Source: Octopus vulgaris
Taxonomy: Eukaryota
Assembly: GCA_951406725.2 (NCBI GenBank)
Contig: OX597824.1
Location: 35,836,001 to 35,900,000 of the forward strand
Length of the DNA: 64,000 bases
Direction of reading: 5' to 3'
The notes beneath the pieces were generated by a model, which had not been told where the DNA came from, searched no databases, and worked only from the letters and a program-made list of their open reading frames with translations. Shown here one piece after another: positions 1 to 12,270 of the stretch. Position numbers and translations under genes: made by a program. The stretch's first letter is position 1, and every line of letters starts with the position of its first letter.

Positions 1-20
1 ATATATATATATATATACAT

Positions 21-191
21 ATATACGACGGGCTTCTTTCAATTTCCGTAAACCAAATCCACTCACAAGGCTTTGGTCGGCCCGAAGCTATAGTAGAAGA
101 CACTTGCTCAAGGTGCTACGCAGTGGGACTGAACCCGGAACCATGTGGTTCGTAAGCAAGCTACTTACCACACAGCCGCTCCTACGCCTAT
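21..191 (-). mobile_element. tRNA-derived SINE family A (octopus OK/OR-like), head portion
   Basis: Reverse complement of ggcgtaggag(c/t)ggctgtgtggtaagtagcttgc...gccttgtgagtggatttgg...gaagcccgtcg. About 20 copies occur in the window. Confidence 0.85.
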
Positions 192-772
192 ATATTTTAT
201 AAGTGTTATATTACGAGATGGTCATTTTTTTCATGCCAAATAGGCATACGCGCTATATATTCGTTCTTCACTTGTTTATTGTTTTTCTTATTTTATGTCC
301 ATTGTCCGGAAATCTTTCGTCGCACATCCTGTGACCTCTTCAGCAACTCTCCACCTCACGTGTCTCCTCCTGTTCCGTTTAGTCCTTCTATTTTATTATT
401 GCTTTTAAATAATGATCTCTTTCTCAGACATCATTTATCTGACGCACTGTTATAGTACCGATTCCAAATCTGTCACAAAGAATTTGAAACAAAAATATAC
501 TATAGTTACAATTTAGCTATCCGTTATCTTTAATCTGGTAGTATTGGTTAGTCTATAACACCGAAACATATCCAGAGTTTTCATCTTTATGCCAACGGAT
601 GCTTATTTTCTTTTTTAATAGTTAATTATTTTTAATTTACATTAGAATTAATCATAGCACTATCGATATTTTTTTCCCAAACCACGGATGGAATTTTTCG
701 TTATTGAAATTCGTTGACTCTCCGCAATAAGTATGTTAGTACCATCTTATCTAACCTAAGTCCGTAGTCTTG

Positions 773-807
<35 letters not shown>

Positions 808-1184
808 AGTTTCTATCGAAGATGCGTATCGCCTTCACCTTCGAAACGCAGATTAGATGAAACCATGGCGACTGAAGAAGGGGAATTTTCCTTGTGTTAT
901 TTGTCCTGTACTCTATTTTTTCGTTGTTTAAGAAAAATGTCCAGTTCTTGGTTTTGTGTTTATGTTTTCGTTTCTCATTGTGTTCGACGTTTTTTTGGTG
1001 TCCTGTACCCATATATGCGTGTATATATACATGTAGAGGTAGGTACGTACATATATGTATGTATATATGCATATGTTTTATTTATTTATTTATTATATAT
1101 GTATGTATTTAATAATATTTATTACACTAGAGCTGCTTTTATTTTATATGTAATATATATACGCCCCAAAACATGTATGTATGC

Positions 1185-1250
<66 letters not shown>

Positions 1251-1505
1251 TATATAAAGAGAGAGATACATTTTTACGCTCGCTAGAGTTTCCATTTGTT
1301 TATATATTTTGTTGTTATTCAAAAACCTCGCTGAGTCACGTAACCCTCCCAGCGACCCAGAATGTTTATCTGGGTGATGAATTATGCTTGGTACCATAAA
1401 CTGTTGCGGTCTGTGCCAAGGTTGAATTATCGTGCTCCACTTATTAAAGCGTCTTTCCTTCACCTGCTTACATTTGCTGTATTTCAACATTTCTTCATAG
1501 TAAAA

Positions 1506-1716
1506 AGCGGCGAGTTGGAAGAATCGTTAGCACACCGGGCAAAATGCTTAGCGGCATTTTGTCCGTCTTTACGATCTCAGTTCAAATTCCGCCGCGACCG
1601 ACTTTGCCTTTCATCTTCTGGGAGTCGATAAAATAAGTACTAGTTGAGCACTGGGGTCGATGTAATTGACTGTCCTCCTCCTCCAAATTCAGGACTTGTG
1701 CCTATAGTAGAAAGGG
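1506..1716 (+). mobile_element. SINE family B, short-tail variant
   Basis: gcggcgagttggaagaatcgttagcac...gttcaaattccgcc..gactttgcctttcatc..gtcgataaaataagtac. Many copies; the central domain resembles Meta-type SINE cores (not verified). Confidence 0.8.
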
Positions 1717-1734
1717 TCTCACAGAGTCTTTTTC

Positions 1735-1897
1735 CACGATACTTCACATCCAAGTACCAATCTCAAAATCCTCGCTGTGCCCAATAAAGTAGTTTTCTGA
1801 GCATCTTCTACTCGCCTAACCCCAATTTCTCCCACAAATTTCTCAAACCTGGTTGTTAATGCATCTAATGCCACAACTACTGGGATGACAATTACTC

Positions 1898-1956
<59 letters not shown>

Positions 1957-3290
1957 TCTTATACGCACAACAGGTTAGACTGTCTGGTAAAAGTCCTAAT
2001 ATCCTACTACAAGTAGCCGTAGATGCTAAGAACCTGCCTAAGAATCCTAGCTGTTCCTAATAATACTGTTTTCTGGAGCTGCACTAAATTAGGTTTTATG
2101 CCTATTTCTTCTCTCCATCTGTTCAAATCTTTAGGAATAGTTCCTAATGCACCAATAACTACAGAGGTACCTATTACCTGCACTTTCCATTGCCTCTATA
2201 ACTAGGTCCTGGTACTTTGCTCCTTTCTCTATACCTCACATATTGACTTTCTCATCAATGCTGCACTTTTGGTATGTATCTTCCTAAATAGCTTTGTGGT
2301 CTCAAGTCTTGTGAGTTGAATTGGGTTAGCGGAAACTATGTGATCGCCCGTCCGATGGCTTCTTAAAGTTCTTGAATATTAAACTTCGTCCGTCACTTGA
2401 TTTAACACCATCACACAGCTCTTGCGTGCTTGTAACGTAGACCACTCTGTCGCAATCATTCGAACCAGGTATCCAATGTGAGTTTTACGGTTGTGGTTTC
2501 TTCCACACTTCCTCCATTGCAAGTTCCACGCGTGCAGCAAAAAGATCATGGTCCTTGCCTTTCTTCCTCTGTAAGAGCCACCTTTGTCTATTTTCCATAT
2601 TGCTAGAATTATTTCCTAGTGGAGGCGCAATGGTCCAGTGATTAGGGCAGCGGACTCGCGGTCGTAGGACCGCGGTTTCGATTCCCAGACCGGGCGTTGT
2701 GAGTGTTTATTGAGCGAAAACACCTAAAGCTCCACTAGGCTCCGGCATGGGATGGTGGTGATCCCTGCTGTACTCTTTCACCACAACTTTCTCTCACTCT
2801 TTCTTCCTGTTTCTGTTGTACCTGTATTTCAAAGGGCCGGCCTTGTCACTCTCTGTGTCACACTGAATATCCCCGAGAACTACGTTAAAGGTACACGTGT
2901 CTGTGGAGTGCTCAGCCACTTACACGTTAATTTCATGACCAGGCTGTTCCGTTGGTCGGATCAACCGGAACCCTCATCGTCGTAACCGACGGAGTGCTTC
3001 CATCCAGAATTATTTCCTACACATGAAGCCCTTAACTCTATCATGACTGTTTATATATTCTGTTTCAGTTAAAACCAGGCACCTAGAAGCAATGCATTTC
3101 TTCTTGGTTGCCACTACGTAGTTTGGTTTTACTATTTTTGCATTCTACTTCATTATTATATATTAGTGTAGTTCTAAGGTGAAAACTTTCTCTTGTGTTG
3201 CTATCAAAATATCTCCGACCTCGGCTTCAGTATTTCAATCAAAGCTGATTTCTTTTTTTATCCACTTCGCTTTATTCAATCTTATCGAGT
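1735..3290 (-). mobile_element. R4/Dong-like non-LTR retrotransposon relics
   Basis: The minus strand encodes VQLQKTVLLGTARILRQV (about 2030-2085), with a second such tail near 1760-1800. A (TAT)n tract at 1899-1955 and a SINE interrupt it. Confidence 0.65.
2619..3005 (+). mobile_element. tRNA-derived SINE family C with 14-bp TSD
   Basis: A box tggtccagtgattag and B box gtttcgattcc. TSD agaattatttccta at 2605-2618 and 3006-3019. Confidence 0.85.
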
Positions 3291-4562
3291 ATATGGTAGT
3301 TAAAAGATCCATATTAATATGTGTATATATTAGGTATATAAAGGATTCTTAGTAGTATGTATATGTATTGGACATACAAAGAGTTCATACAAATGTATAT
3401 ATGTATTTGCTATATAGACGATTAATATGAATATGTGTATATTATGAACAAGTGAACAGAGAGGGACCCGATTTATTCGAAGTGTGAAACTTGTTTTTTC
3501 ATCGTTGTTTTCACCTTTTAAAGCGATTCGTGAAATTATAATTATATTTATAAAGTAACCAACTAAACCATGCCTCTATATTATATCTTGGTAAAAATCA
3601 AATACTCTATGAGCCCGCACCCCTCCCCCTACGCTTGTCCACCGTCCACCGTCCACCTTTCCCTCTGGCCTAAACAAAGGCGAAGAACAACAATCATTAT
3701 TTTATGGAAGAGTCTCAGCAGGTTTCGCCTTTTGTTTGTTCCTCAATAGCAGAGCTGTTTGAAAGACATTCAGTGCTGGAGGTTTCTTACTCCAATTTCA
3801 CGTCAGCATTCCCCGCCTGTCGTTTATACAACCAAATTCACAAAATAAGAATAGGTTGTTTTTAAACACTCGTGCATCTTATAATCACACAGTAAATCAT
3901 TGTTGTAGGTTTCGTTATAAAATACGAAGGATTTAATCTTCGTTTTTAATGATCAGGTTGCGCATGCAAGTATTTGTCATGGTTGTAAGTCCTGAAATTA
4001 TTTTTTGACGAATCTGTATAATTTATTCTTCAAATGTCGGAAATTCCGCATCCTACACATTTCGAAAGAAAGAAAGGTTTGCTCCTGCCCTAAAAACCAT
4101 AGACCTAAACAATTTGGTTGGGTTGACACTTGAATCAGTTGACAGTTATTCTAGCTGTAGACAACTCCTTGTAAGAGCTATTTTCATTCATTCTCCGACC
4201 GGAAGAGAAGATATAATAGAAAGGTTTTTAGCAACTATTTTAGCAAAACTAAATAACAGTCGTTGATTGAAAAAAAAGGTAAGTTGAAATGGGTTTTTCT
4301 TTCCTTCTTTGGATTTTATTTCGTTTATATTAAATTGCCAACCCTCTAAGACTGCTTATAGATACAGAAATAAAAGAGTCCAGCGAATTGACTGAATCGG
4401 ATAGAATACTTTACTGTATTGGTTCCGGCTCCCCTTGTTCCGAGTTCAAACTCGGCCGAAGTCGATATTTCATCTCGCTGTCGACAGGAACCAAAGTTCT
4501 TGTCTGGATCGATGAATTGTGTGAGCGTTGGGCGAGATGCCTTGCAATATCTCTTACGTTTT

Positions 4563-4750
4563 AAGGCGGCGAGCTGGCAGAAACGTTAGCACGCCGGGCG
4601 AAATACTTAGCAGTATTTCGTCTGTCTTTATGTTCTGAGTTCAAATTCTGCCGAGGTCGACTTTGCCTTTCATCCTTTCGAGGTCGATAAATTAAGTACC
4701 AGTTGCGTACTGGGGTCGATCTAATCGACTCGCCCCCTCCCCAAAAAATT
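4563..4750 (+). mobile_element. SINE family B
   Basis: Near-consensus copy starting aaggcggcgagctggcagaaacgttagcacgccgggcg. Confidence 0.85.
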
Positions 4751-4769
4751 CGCACGCACACACACACAA

Positions 4770-4812
<43 letters not shown>

Positions 4813-6239
4813 ATTCAGTGGGCTACTTTCAGTTTTTGTCTACCAAATCCACTCACAATGTTTTGGTCGACCGGAGGCCATGTGGTTGAGAAGGAAACGT
4901 TTTACTTCACAGCCAAGCCTTAAATTACAAGGAGACGTACATGCGAAAAAAAAATATGAGTTTATAATTAACAGCAGTAATGATAAGCGTAGTTGACAAT
5001 ATCAACAAATATTGATATAACAGTTATAAACAGAAACAGAGGGATAATAAATATGGAGAAGGTCACGAACTTTGAGGAGGGAAAAGCGAGTAAATCAAAC
5101 CCCTCTTTTCAGTACTTTTTTAAGGAAAGATATAGACCATTGGATGAATTCCAGTATTTGATAGGCACGTATTTTATAAACTCCAAATGGATGATGGCAG
5201 GGCCAAAGCGCCAAAACCACGCCCCGCAAGGCATGTCACTGTTCCTACAATCAAATACTATGCTCTTAAATGATGATGATGATGATGATCATCATCATCA
5301 TCATCTTTTCTACTAAAGGCACAAAGTCTGAAATTGGGGGTAGGGTGGCTTAATCGATCCCAGTGCTCAACTGGTACTTACTTTGAACTCGGTGTAAAGT
5401 ACTGGAACAAATATAGCAAAGCGTTTTGTTTGATGCTCTCATAATTTTGCAAATCCACCATCAGATTGGCAAAAACAGCAGACTGCGGGGTCTAAATGCC
5501 TGGTGGTATTTACTTATATATCTTGACGCTCTGAGCTCAAATTACGGTGTTGGCTTGCCTTTCCACTTTCCACGTTGATATAGTACCAATGATACAACAG
5601 GGCTGATTCAGTCAACTCTATCCTTTCTCAGTATTGTATAAAATCATTTGTTTTTTGTGGTTTAATACTGAGTTTCTCTGTAAGTTTACTAAACTGCAAC
5701 AGTATAAAAAAAAAACCCAGAATAATAGTCTTCACAAACATCGCTGTACACATAGATAAAATAGCAATACATCAAAGATAGAATAAGTTGTCCGAAAGAA
5801 TCACGTTAGTAGGATTTGATAGTTCATTTACAGTCTATTTTCCCGGTATTCCCTTGTCCAGTTATTGGTATGGTTTATGTGTATTGCCGGAGGAAGACTC
5901 AGTAAATAGACCAACTAAAAGAAATATCTCCGACAAATGCAATCCATCACAAGGAACAGTTTAGACTCTATCTTATTCAACAGGAAAATCATTCCACTTT
6001 GTGCTGGGCTCGTTTACTACACAGCAGAAACACTACCACAGTACCAACTTAAAAACACACTACCTCTCTTACAGTAAAGAAGCTGAAGATTTGGAGAGAT
6101 TTTATCAAACAAATATCAGCAAATTTCTATCTTCAGGCTTCGTTATTGCCTATTTCTAATTTCACTGTCAATGGAAATAGCAAAGGATTGGATGTAGAAG
6201 ATTGAAGGCAGTGTGCATTTCTGTTTGCTGCCAATATAC

Positions 6240-6558
6240 AATGTCTTTACATTTAGCCTGTTACACCCTCCCCTGCGATGTCATTTCAGAATCTTCCTGT
6301 TGTAATAACCTGCCAACACGCTCAAAAACCGCTGTAAATATGAAATCAGTGGCGAGTTTCTTGGTTACTTTTTGTTTTTTTTGTTTTTTTTTTTTGATGT
6401 TGAAGGATTTGTTAAATTTGAAAATTTGGTCTCTGTAGGATGGTTTTCGGCAAACGCTCCGCATGATCCTCCTGAATTTCACTGTCCACAACATAGGTAT
6501 CCAGTACCAAATGATTCTTAGATCTATTTGAATTCAAATATGAAACCGTAAGGTATTT
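6240..6558 (+). promoter_or_regulatory. Candidate BMP2/4 promoter / non-coding exon 1
   Basis: Lies in a repeat-free block. Inr-like TCAGT at 6346 and donor-like AAG|GTATTT at 6552/6553. An upstream exon is required because the ATG exon begins with a splice acceptor. Confidence 0.25.
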
Positions 6559-7212
6559 GTGCTTGAAAAACTATAAGAAATCATAACTACAAAGCATTGC
6601 CTACAAGTGAGATTATTTTTTAAATAATCATAAAGCAAAATGGATGATAAATTCTATCCGATGGAACTTTCTAAATTTAAACACAGGAAGTGGCTCAATG
6701 GTGAATTTTCTAAATCATAACATGATTCGTTATTCGGTAACTCCATTTTTTAAGTTCAAATCCTATGAGGATTAATCTATCATTTCAAGCATCCAACCTC
6801 TCCAAAACAAGATGTGATTTTGCTCGGCGGAAAAAAACTGGATAACTGCTAGATTTCGACTGATTTTCTTTTTTATGTTATATGTGCTTAAACAAAATAA
6901 TTCCGAATGAATTGAAAATAATCAAATATGCTTGAAAATTTCAAAGAAAAAAAGAACATAACATAAAAGAAATAACAGATCATTGTATCATAAAAAGATC
7001 CAGAAATATTTGATGTGCATTATGGTTGATGGTGTACGGCGACGAAATCTTCAGCCTCCTTCAAATATACAACTTTAAAAGGAAGTTTTTTTGTATTGAG
7101 ACGGGGGTATTTATTAAATCAAAGGCTTTAATGATTAGGGCGGGTAGATTTGTATATATTTATTGCGAGCCTCTGGAGAAATTGAAGAAATAGATGCAGC
7201 ACCAAAACAAAT

Positions 7213-7414
7213 CCTTTTCTACTCTAGGCACATGGCCCGAAATTTTGAGGGATGGGGCCAGTCGATTAGATCGGCCTCAGAATGCAACTGGTACTTAATT
7301 TATCGGCTTCGAAGGGATGAAAGGCAAAATCGACCTCGGCGGAATTTGAACTCAGAATGTAACGGCGGACGAAATACTGCAAAGCATTTTGCCCGGCGTG
7401 CTAACGTTTCTGCG
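7213..7414 (-). mobile_element. SINE family B
   Basis: Reverse copy of the family B consensus. Confidence 0.8.
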
Positions 7415-7824
7415 ACTGAGAAAAATGATTAAAATATCAGTTTGCTAAGACTGTTTGTAATTTAACAGTTTCGTTGGGGAAACACATAGAAAGATTCTGG
7501 TGAGATCATTTAAAAAACAAGATTAATTCTTTATTATAATTTTACAATCGCATAAATATATAACATTCACTCAGTGCTAAATGAAATTTAATTTATAAAA
7601 GATTGCAATATGTATATTTAAGTGTTTCAATATGAAATGCTACTAAATCTACTTTTAAATTGCAATGTTATATTGTAAAATTCGAATTCTTGTAAATATA
7701 TGAGATTAACTTAGTCCGTTAAATCTCCTCGTCTTTGTCGTCATAGCCGTAAACTTCGTCTTCATCGTCTGCGTGGTTTAATAACAAACTCGAGCGGACA
7801 TTGCCGTATGTAATTCATAAAATT

Positions 7825-8110
7825 TCGGGGTCGATAAATTAAGTACCAGTAACGCACTGGGGTAGATATAATCGACTTAATCCGTTTGTCTGTCCTTGCT
7901 TGTCCTCTCTGTGTTTAGCCCCTAGTGGGTAGTAAAGAAATAGGTGTTTCGTCTGTCTTTACGTTCTGAGTTCAAATTCCGCCGAGGTCGACTTTGCCTT
8001 TCATCCTTTCGGGGTCGATAAATTAAGTACCAGTTGCGTACTGGGGTCGATCTAATCGACTGGTCCCCTCCCCAAAAATTTTGGGCCTTGCGTCTAGAGT
8101 AGAAAAGAAT
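7825..8110 (+). mobile_element. Tandem/nested SINE B (long-tail piece followed by short-tail piece)
   Basis: ggggtcgataaattaagtaccag occurs twice with different downstream tails. Confidence 0.75.
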
Positions 8111-8394
8111 ATTTAAGTATCTCTTATCTATCATCGCTGGTAAAGATTTGTGAAAATGTGCGCCACAATAAACTTGTAGCTATCTCCGAAAGCCATGTTA
8201 CATTTGTAAGATGTCTTATTACATATTTAAAATATTTCCAATATTTTGTTTGTTTAGGATACAATTTTAGATATTTTCAGAAAACGTTTGTCGTTCTTTC
8301 AATTCTGAAAAAGTAATTTTCATTCTTTGCAACATAGTTGAAATATTTTTATTACACTGTGGAATTCGTAAATGCTTTCGTAAACAGGCGCGTG

Positions 8395-8401
8395 TGTCTT
8401 C

Positions 8402-8472
<71 letters not shown>

Positions 8473-8532
8473 AGGGAGAGAGAGAGAGCGAGAGAGAGAG
8501 TGATGTATGTATGTATGCATGTATGTATGCGT
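8395..8532. repeat. Compound (GT)n-(GA)n-(GTAT)n microsatellite
   Basis: Seen directly. Confidence 0.95.
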
Positions 8533-9334
8533 ATATACAGAAGGTATGATTTGTTTTATAAAGGAGGTGCCTCTCAAAAAATTAGAATATTAAAATTGAG
8601 ATTTCAGTTGATCTAATCTCAATATTTTGTTAATGTAAGCTAACATTTATGTTGTCCACGCTGAGGTGGGCAACTGATTAGAACACTGCTGGGAGGGTTA
8701 CCCGGGACGACCCGAGCAAATACCAACAAGCGGTGGCTATAGCAACGCGCTGTAACAGTGCATGCGACCGTACCTGACCCAACCCAATCATTAAAAATTC
8801 CATATCCTATTTTGTTAGAATATTATATCTAAGAACCGAAATAAGGCGTTGAGCTGGTAGAATCGTTAGCACGCAGGTTAAAACGCCAAGCGACATTTCG
8901 TCTGTCTTTACGTTTTGAGTTCGAATTCCGCCGAGGTCAGCTTTGCCTTTCATCCTTATGGAGTCGATAAATTAAGTACCAGCTGAGCACCCGGAGTCGA
9001 TGTAATCGACTTATCCCTCCCCCGAAATTGCTGATCTTGTGCCAAACTTTGAAACGAATATCTAAGAATCCAAAACGTACGCTGAAGCAAGTTGGTCTAA
9101 ATTAATATGGAATGTCAATCAGTGCTTGTTTGGAGCTCCATCGGCGGCGATGGTTGTCTACATAAGTCATGGCAGAGAGCAAATTATTTCTCATCATGTG
9201 ACATGGTGATCGATATTCAGATAGTTACGATAGCAAACTTCAGCCCCGTTTGAATGTTAGCACGCAAGTTAGTCATCTTTTAAACTACACTCTCAGGTCA
9301 TGTGAGTTATTAAGGAACCTCTTTGATGGAATGA

Positions 9335-9638
9335 AGTGGAGGTGAGTGGCTTAGTGGTTAGAGTACTCGCTCACAACCGTAAGGTCGTGACTTCGATTAC
9401 CGGCGACGCGTTTTGTCCTTAAGCAAAGCGCTTTATTTCACGTTGCCCCAGTTACTTAGCTGGCAATAATGACTAGTACTTGAATTTCAAAGGACCGGCC
9501 TTATCACATTCTGTCACACTGAAACTCCTTGAGAACTACGTTAAGAGTACGTGTGTCTCTGGAGTTAATTTCACGAACAGTCTGTTCCGTTGATCGGATC
9601 AAATGGAACACGCGTCGTCGCAACCGACAGAATGCCAG
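9335..9638 (+). mobile_element. SINE family C, diverged copy with 13-bp TSD
   Basis: Similar to 2619-3005. TSD tttgatggaatga at 9322-9334 and 9639-9651. Confidence 0.8.
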
Positions 9639-10372
9639 TTTGATGGAATGATCTGCAAACCAGGCCATGGTTGCTTTCATTTCTTCGAATCCTAGAATTT
9701 ATAGGGCCGGCTACCCAGTTTCAAAGATGTATAAGTAACCAAAATCACAACATTCCCCTGAACAATGCGCCGACCTGTTGCAGGGTTCAATGCTTGCAAT
9801 TTTGAGGTGGTGAGGTACAAGTCGATTACATTGACTCCAGTACTTGACTGGTGCTTCATTTCATCGATCTTAAAGGGATGGAAGGCAAAGCTGACCTCGG
9901 ATGGAGATTACAATTCAAAACATAAAGAGCCGGAAGAAATGACGCTAAACATTTCGTCCAACATTCCAACAATTCTACCATCTTGTCGCCTTTTTTGAAC
10001 TGTACACAGATGCTAAATTCTGCTAGAATAGAAATTCCACATCACCAAATAGCTTGTTAGCTAACAAATACAAGAATGGCCCTCCTGTCCAACCCTCCTC
10101 CTAACTCCGAAAACTTTAATGCAATATATCTCACCGTTGGATTGAACTTTTAACCAATGGTTGTGAAGCGATCTTCTTAACACACAGCCTTGCCTGAAAG
10201 GAATAAAAACAATTATAAATTTATTTATTCCTAACCATTTTCTGTATTTGGTTTGAAAGATTCTTGATGTGAACTCGTATATTGAAACATATTTTGTTGT
10301 ATCTCGAGAAGGTCGTTATACTAATAATGAAGAGACTCACTGATAAAATAAAAAAAAAAAAAATAAAAAAAA

Positions 10373-10469
10373 GCTGCGTTTTCGAACGGACTCGAACCCG
10401 TTACCCCCAGATCACTTTTTTTAATGTACCTTAGAAAGTCTGATGCTCTACCGACTGAGCTATGCAGGT
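10373..10469 (-). pseudogene. tRNA-Lys-like sequence with a ~20-nt insert in the anticodon loop
   Basis: Minus strand ATAGCTCAGTCGGTAGAGCATCAGACTTTC-[insert]-ATCTGGGGGTAACGGGTTCGAGTCC matches the tRNA-Lys(UUU) body. T-run terminator follows. Acceptor and T stems are imperfect. Confidence 0.6.
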
Positions 10470-10879
10470 GACCACAAATTCAGGTGTTTATTATTGGAAT
10501 AAAGACCCTGTCGAAATACAATGAATTTATTCTTCGTCGTTATCATTTCTATTATGGGCTCTTATTACGCCAGCAGTTTGTTTCTACAGAGAAAGATCAT
10601 ATAACTTATAATGGTGAGTACTATGTATGGGTCAATGAAGGAACCTCAATATAGTCGAAAAATCTGCTAGAAATAGCAGCAAAATTCCCTCAAATACTTC
10701 CGACTATCTTAAGTAAAAAACATTAACACATTCAACGATGTATTCCTTGATATCCAAGAATAATCACGGTTAAACCGTCAAAGATTGTACCTCTGCTCCG
10801 GAGGATCTCAACTGGGGTCTATATAACACTTGGAGTTCCATATAAGATTTTATTGTTAAAATTTATGTCCAATAAGTTT

Positions 10880-11145
10880 ATTATACATTATTTACATTAT
10901 TTACATTCGACGGATATTTGTCTTCGTTTTGTTTGTTGTTAACACAACGTTTCGGCTGATATACCCTCAGCCTTCTTCAGGTGTCTTGAGGAAATTTCGA
11001 ACCTGGGTTCTCATTCCTAAGGTATTTTTCGATGTTACTATTATTATTATTGTTATTGTTCAGGTCACTGCTTGGAATCGAACTCGGAATCTTGGGGTTA
11101 GTAGCCTGCGCTCTTAACCACTACGCCATATGCTCGTGAGCATAT
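10880..11145 (-). mobile_element. tRNA-headed element with PLE-type hammerhead tail, copy 1
   Basis: Head with A box TGGCGTAGTGG and B box GTTCGATTCC (11063-11135), then (AAT)n, then a hammerhead at 10941-10985. Second copy at 55567-55919. Confidence 0.75.
10941..10985 (-). ncRNA. Minimal type I hammerhead ribozyme
   Basis: Minus strand: GACAC CUGAAGA A GGCUGA-gggtata-UCAGCC GAAAC GUU GUGUU. Stem I GACAC/GUGUU, 6-bp stem II, palindromic ACGU stem III. Confidence 0.8.
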
Positions 11146-11861
11146 ACTTCTACAACACAGAAAACATTTTATAATTTCTTACAAAGTTCCTAATAATATA
11201 TAATTTTCTAAAAAATACAATAGGATTTTTTAAAGATGGAATAGCTGTGAGGATCCATCCGAGGAATCAAATGGGGCCATAGGTAAAATACGGTTGAGAA
11301 ACACTGCTCTACTCGATCAGGACTTACTCAGGGCTAAATAACAAAATAGTCTATACCAACTGGTGATGGTACCATTTTTCACCTACAGTGAATTTATTAT
11401 ATTTATTACTATTATTTTTTTGCACTGATTTTTTTTCTTCTTCTTTTTAGTCTTTCTCTGTCATCTTGTTTCATTCACACACAACTTTATGATTGACAGT
11501 TTCGTCTACTTTGCCACATCTGATACTATCTGGCTGTCAGTTTTTGTTTTAACAAGTTTGTTCTTTCGCATCCATGGCTAGAGTTTCTGTTCCATCTTTC
11601 AATCAAATCCGTTGTTCTTCTGCTAAATGTCCTCACACTCTCACAGAATCACCACCTAACACCTTTCCTTTCCTCCTTTATATTTTCTCTGTTATTCTTA
11701 TCTACTTCTATGTACTATTCATTCACTCTTGATCTTTCTGGCTGTACATATACAAGTTTCTTCTCTCTTTTCTTAACCTACTTCTCTAGTTCGACAAGTT
11801 TACTATGTCTATTTAAGTGAGTGACCCTCGGCCTCCTTCTATTCTCGCCATGTATGTGTGT

Positions 11862-12131
11862 GTATTTTACTTGTTTCAGTCATCAAACTGCGGCCATGCT
11901 GGGGCATCGCCTTCAAGAATTTTTAGTCGAATGAATCGCCCTCCCCCGCCCAGTACTTATTTTCTTTTTTAAGCTGATGAGTACTACGCATGAGTCAATG
12001 AAGGAGCCTCGATATAATCGCTCTTTTGCCGAACCGTTAAGTTACGGGACGTCAATACACCAACACCGGCTGTCAAGCAATGGTGGAGGACAAACACATA
12101 CGTATTTATATATGTGTATGCGTGTGTATGC

Positions 12132-12179
<48 letters not shown>

Positions 12180-12270
12180 TATACGCGGACTTCTTTCAGT
12201 TTCCGTCTACCAATTCCACTCACAAGACTTTGGTCGGCCCGAGCCTATAGTAGAAGAAACTTGCCCAATA
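11862..12270 (-). mobile_element. SINE family A
   Basis: Family A tail, (TG)n and central domain in reverse. Confidence 0.75.

Noticed and set aside
809-895. Hammerhead candidate near gaag..cttcGAAAC, and CTGAAGA at 872
   Set aside because: The GAAAC lacks an upstream CUGANGA and the CTGAAGA lacks a downstream GAAA; at most a decayed remnant.
11063-11135. Functional tRNA-Ser(ACT) gene
   Set aside because: Anticodon and acceptor stems pair poorly, and it is the head of a repeated element.
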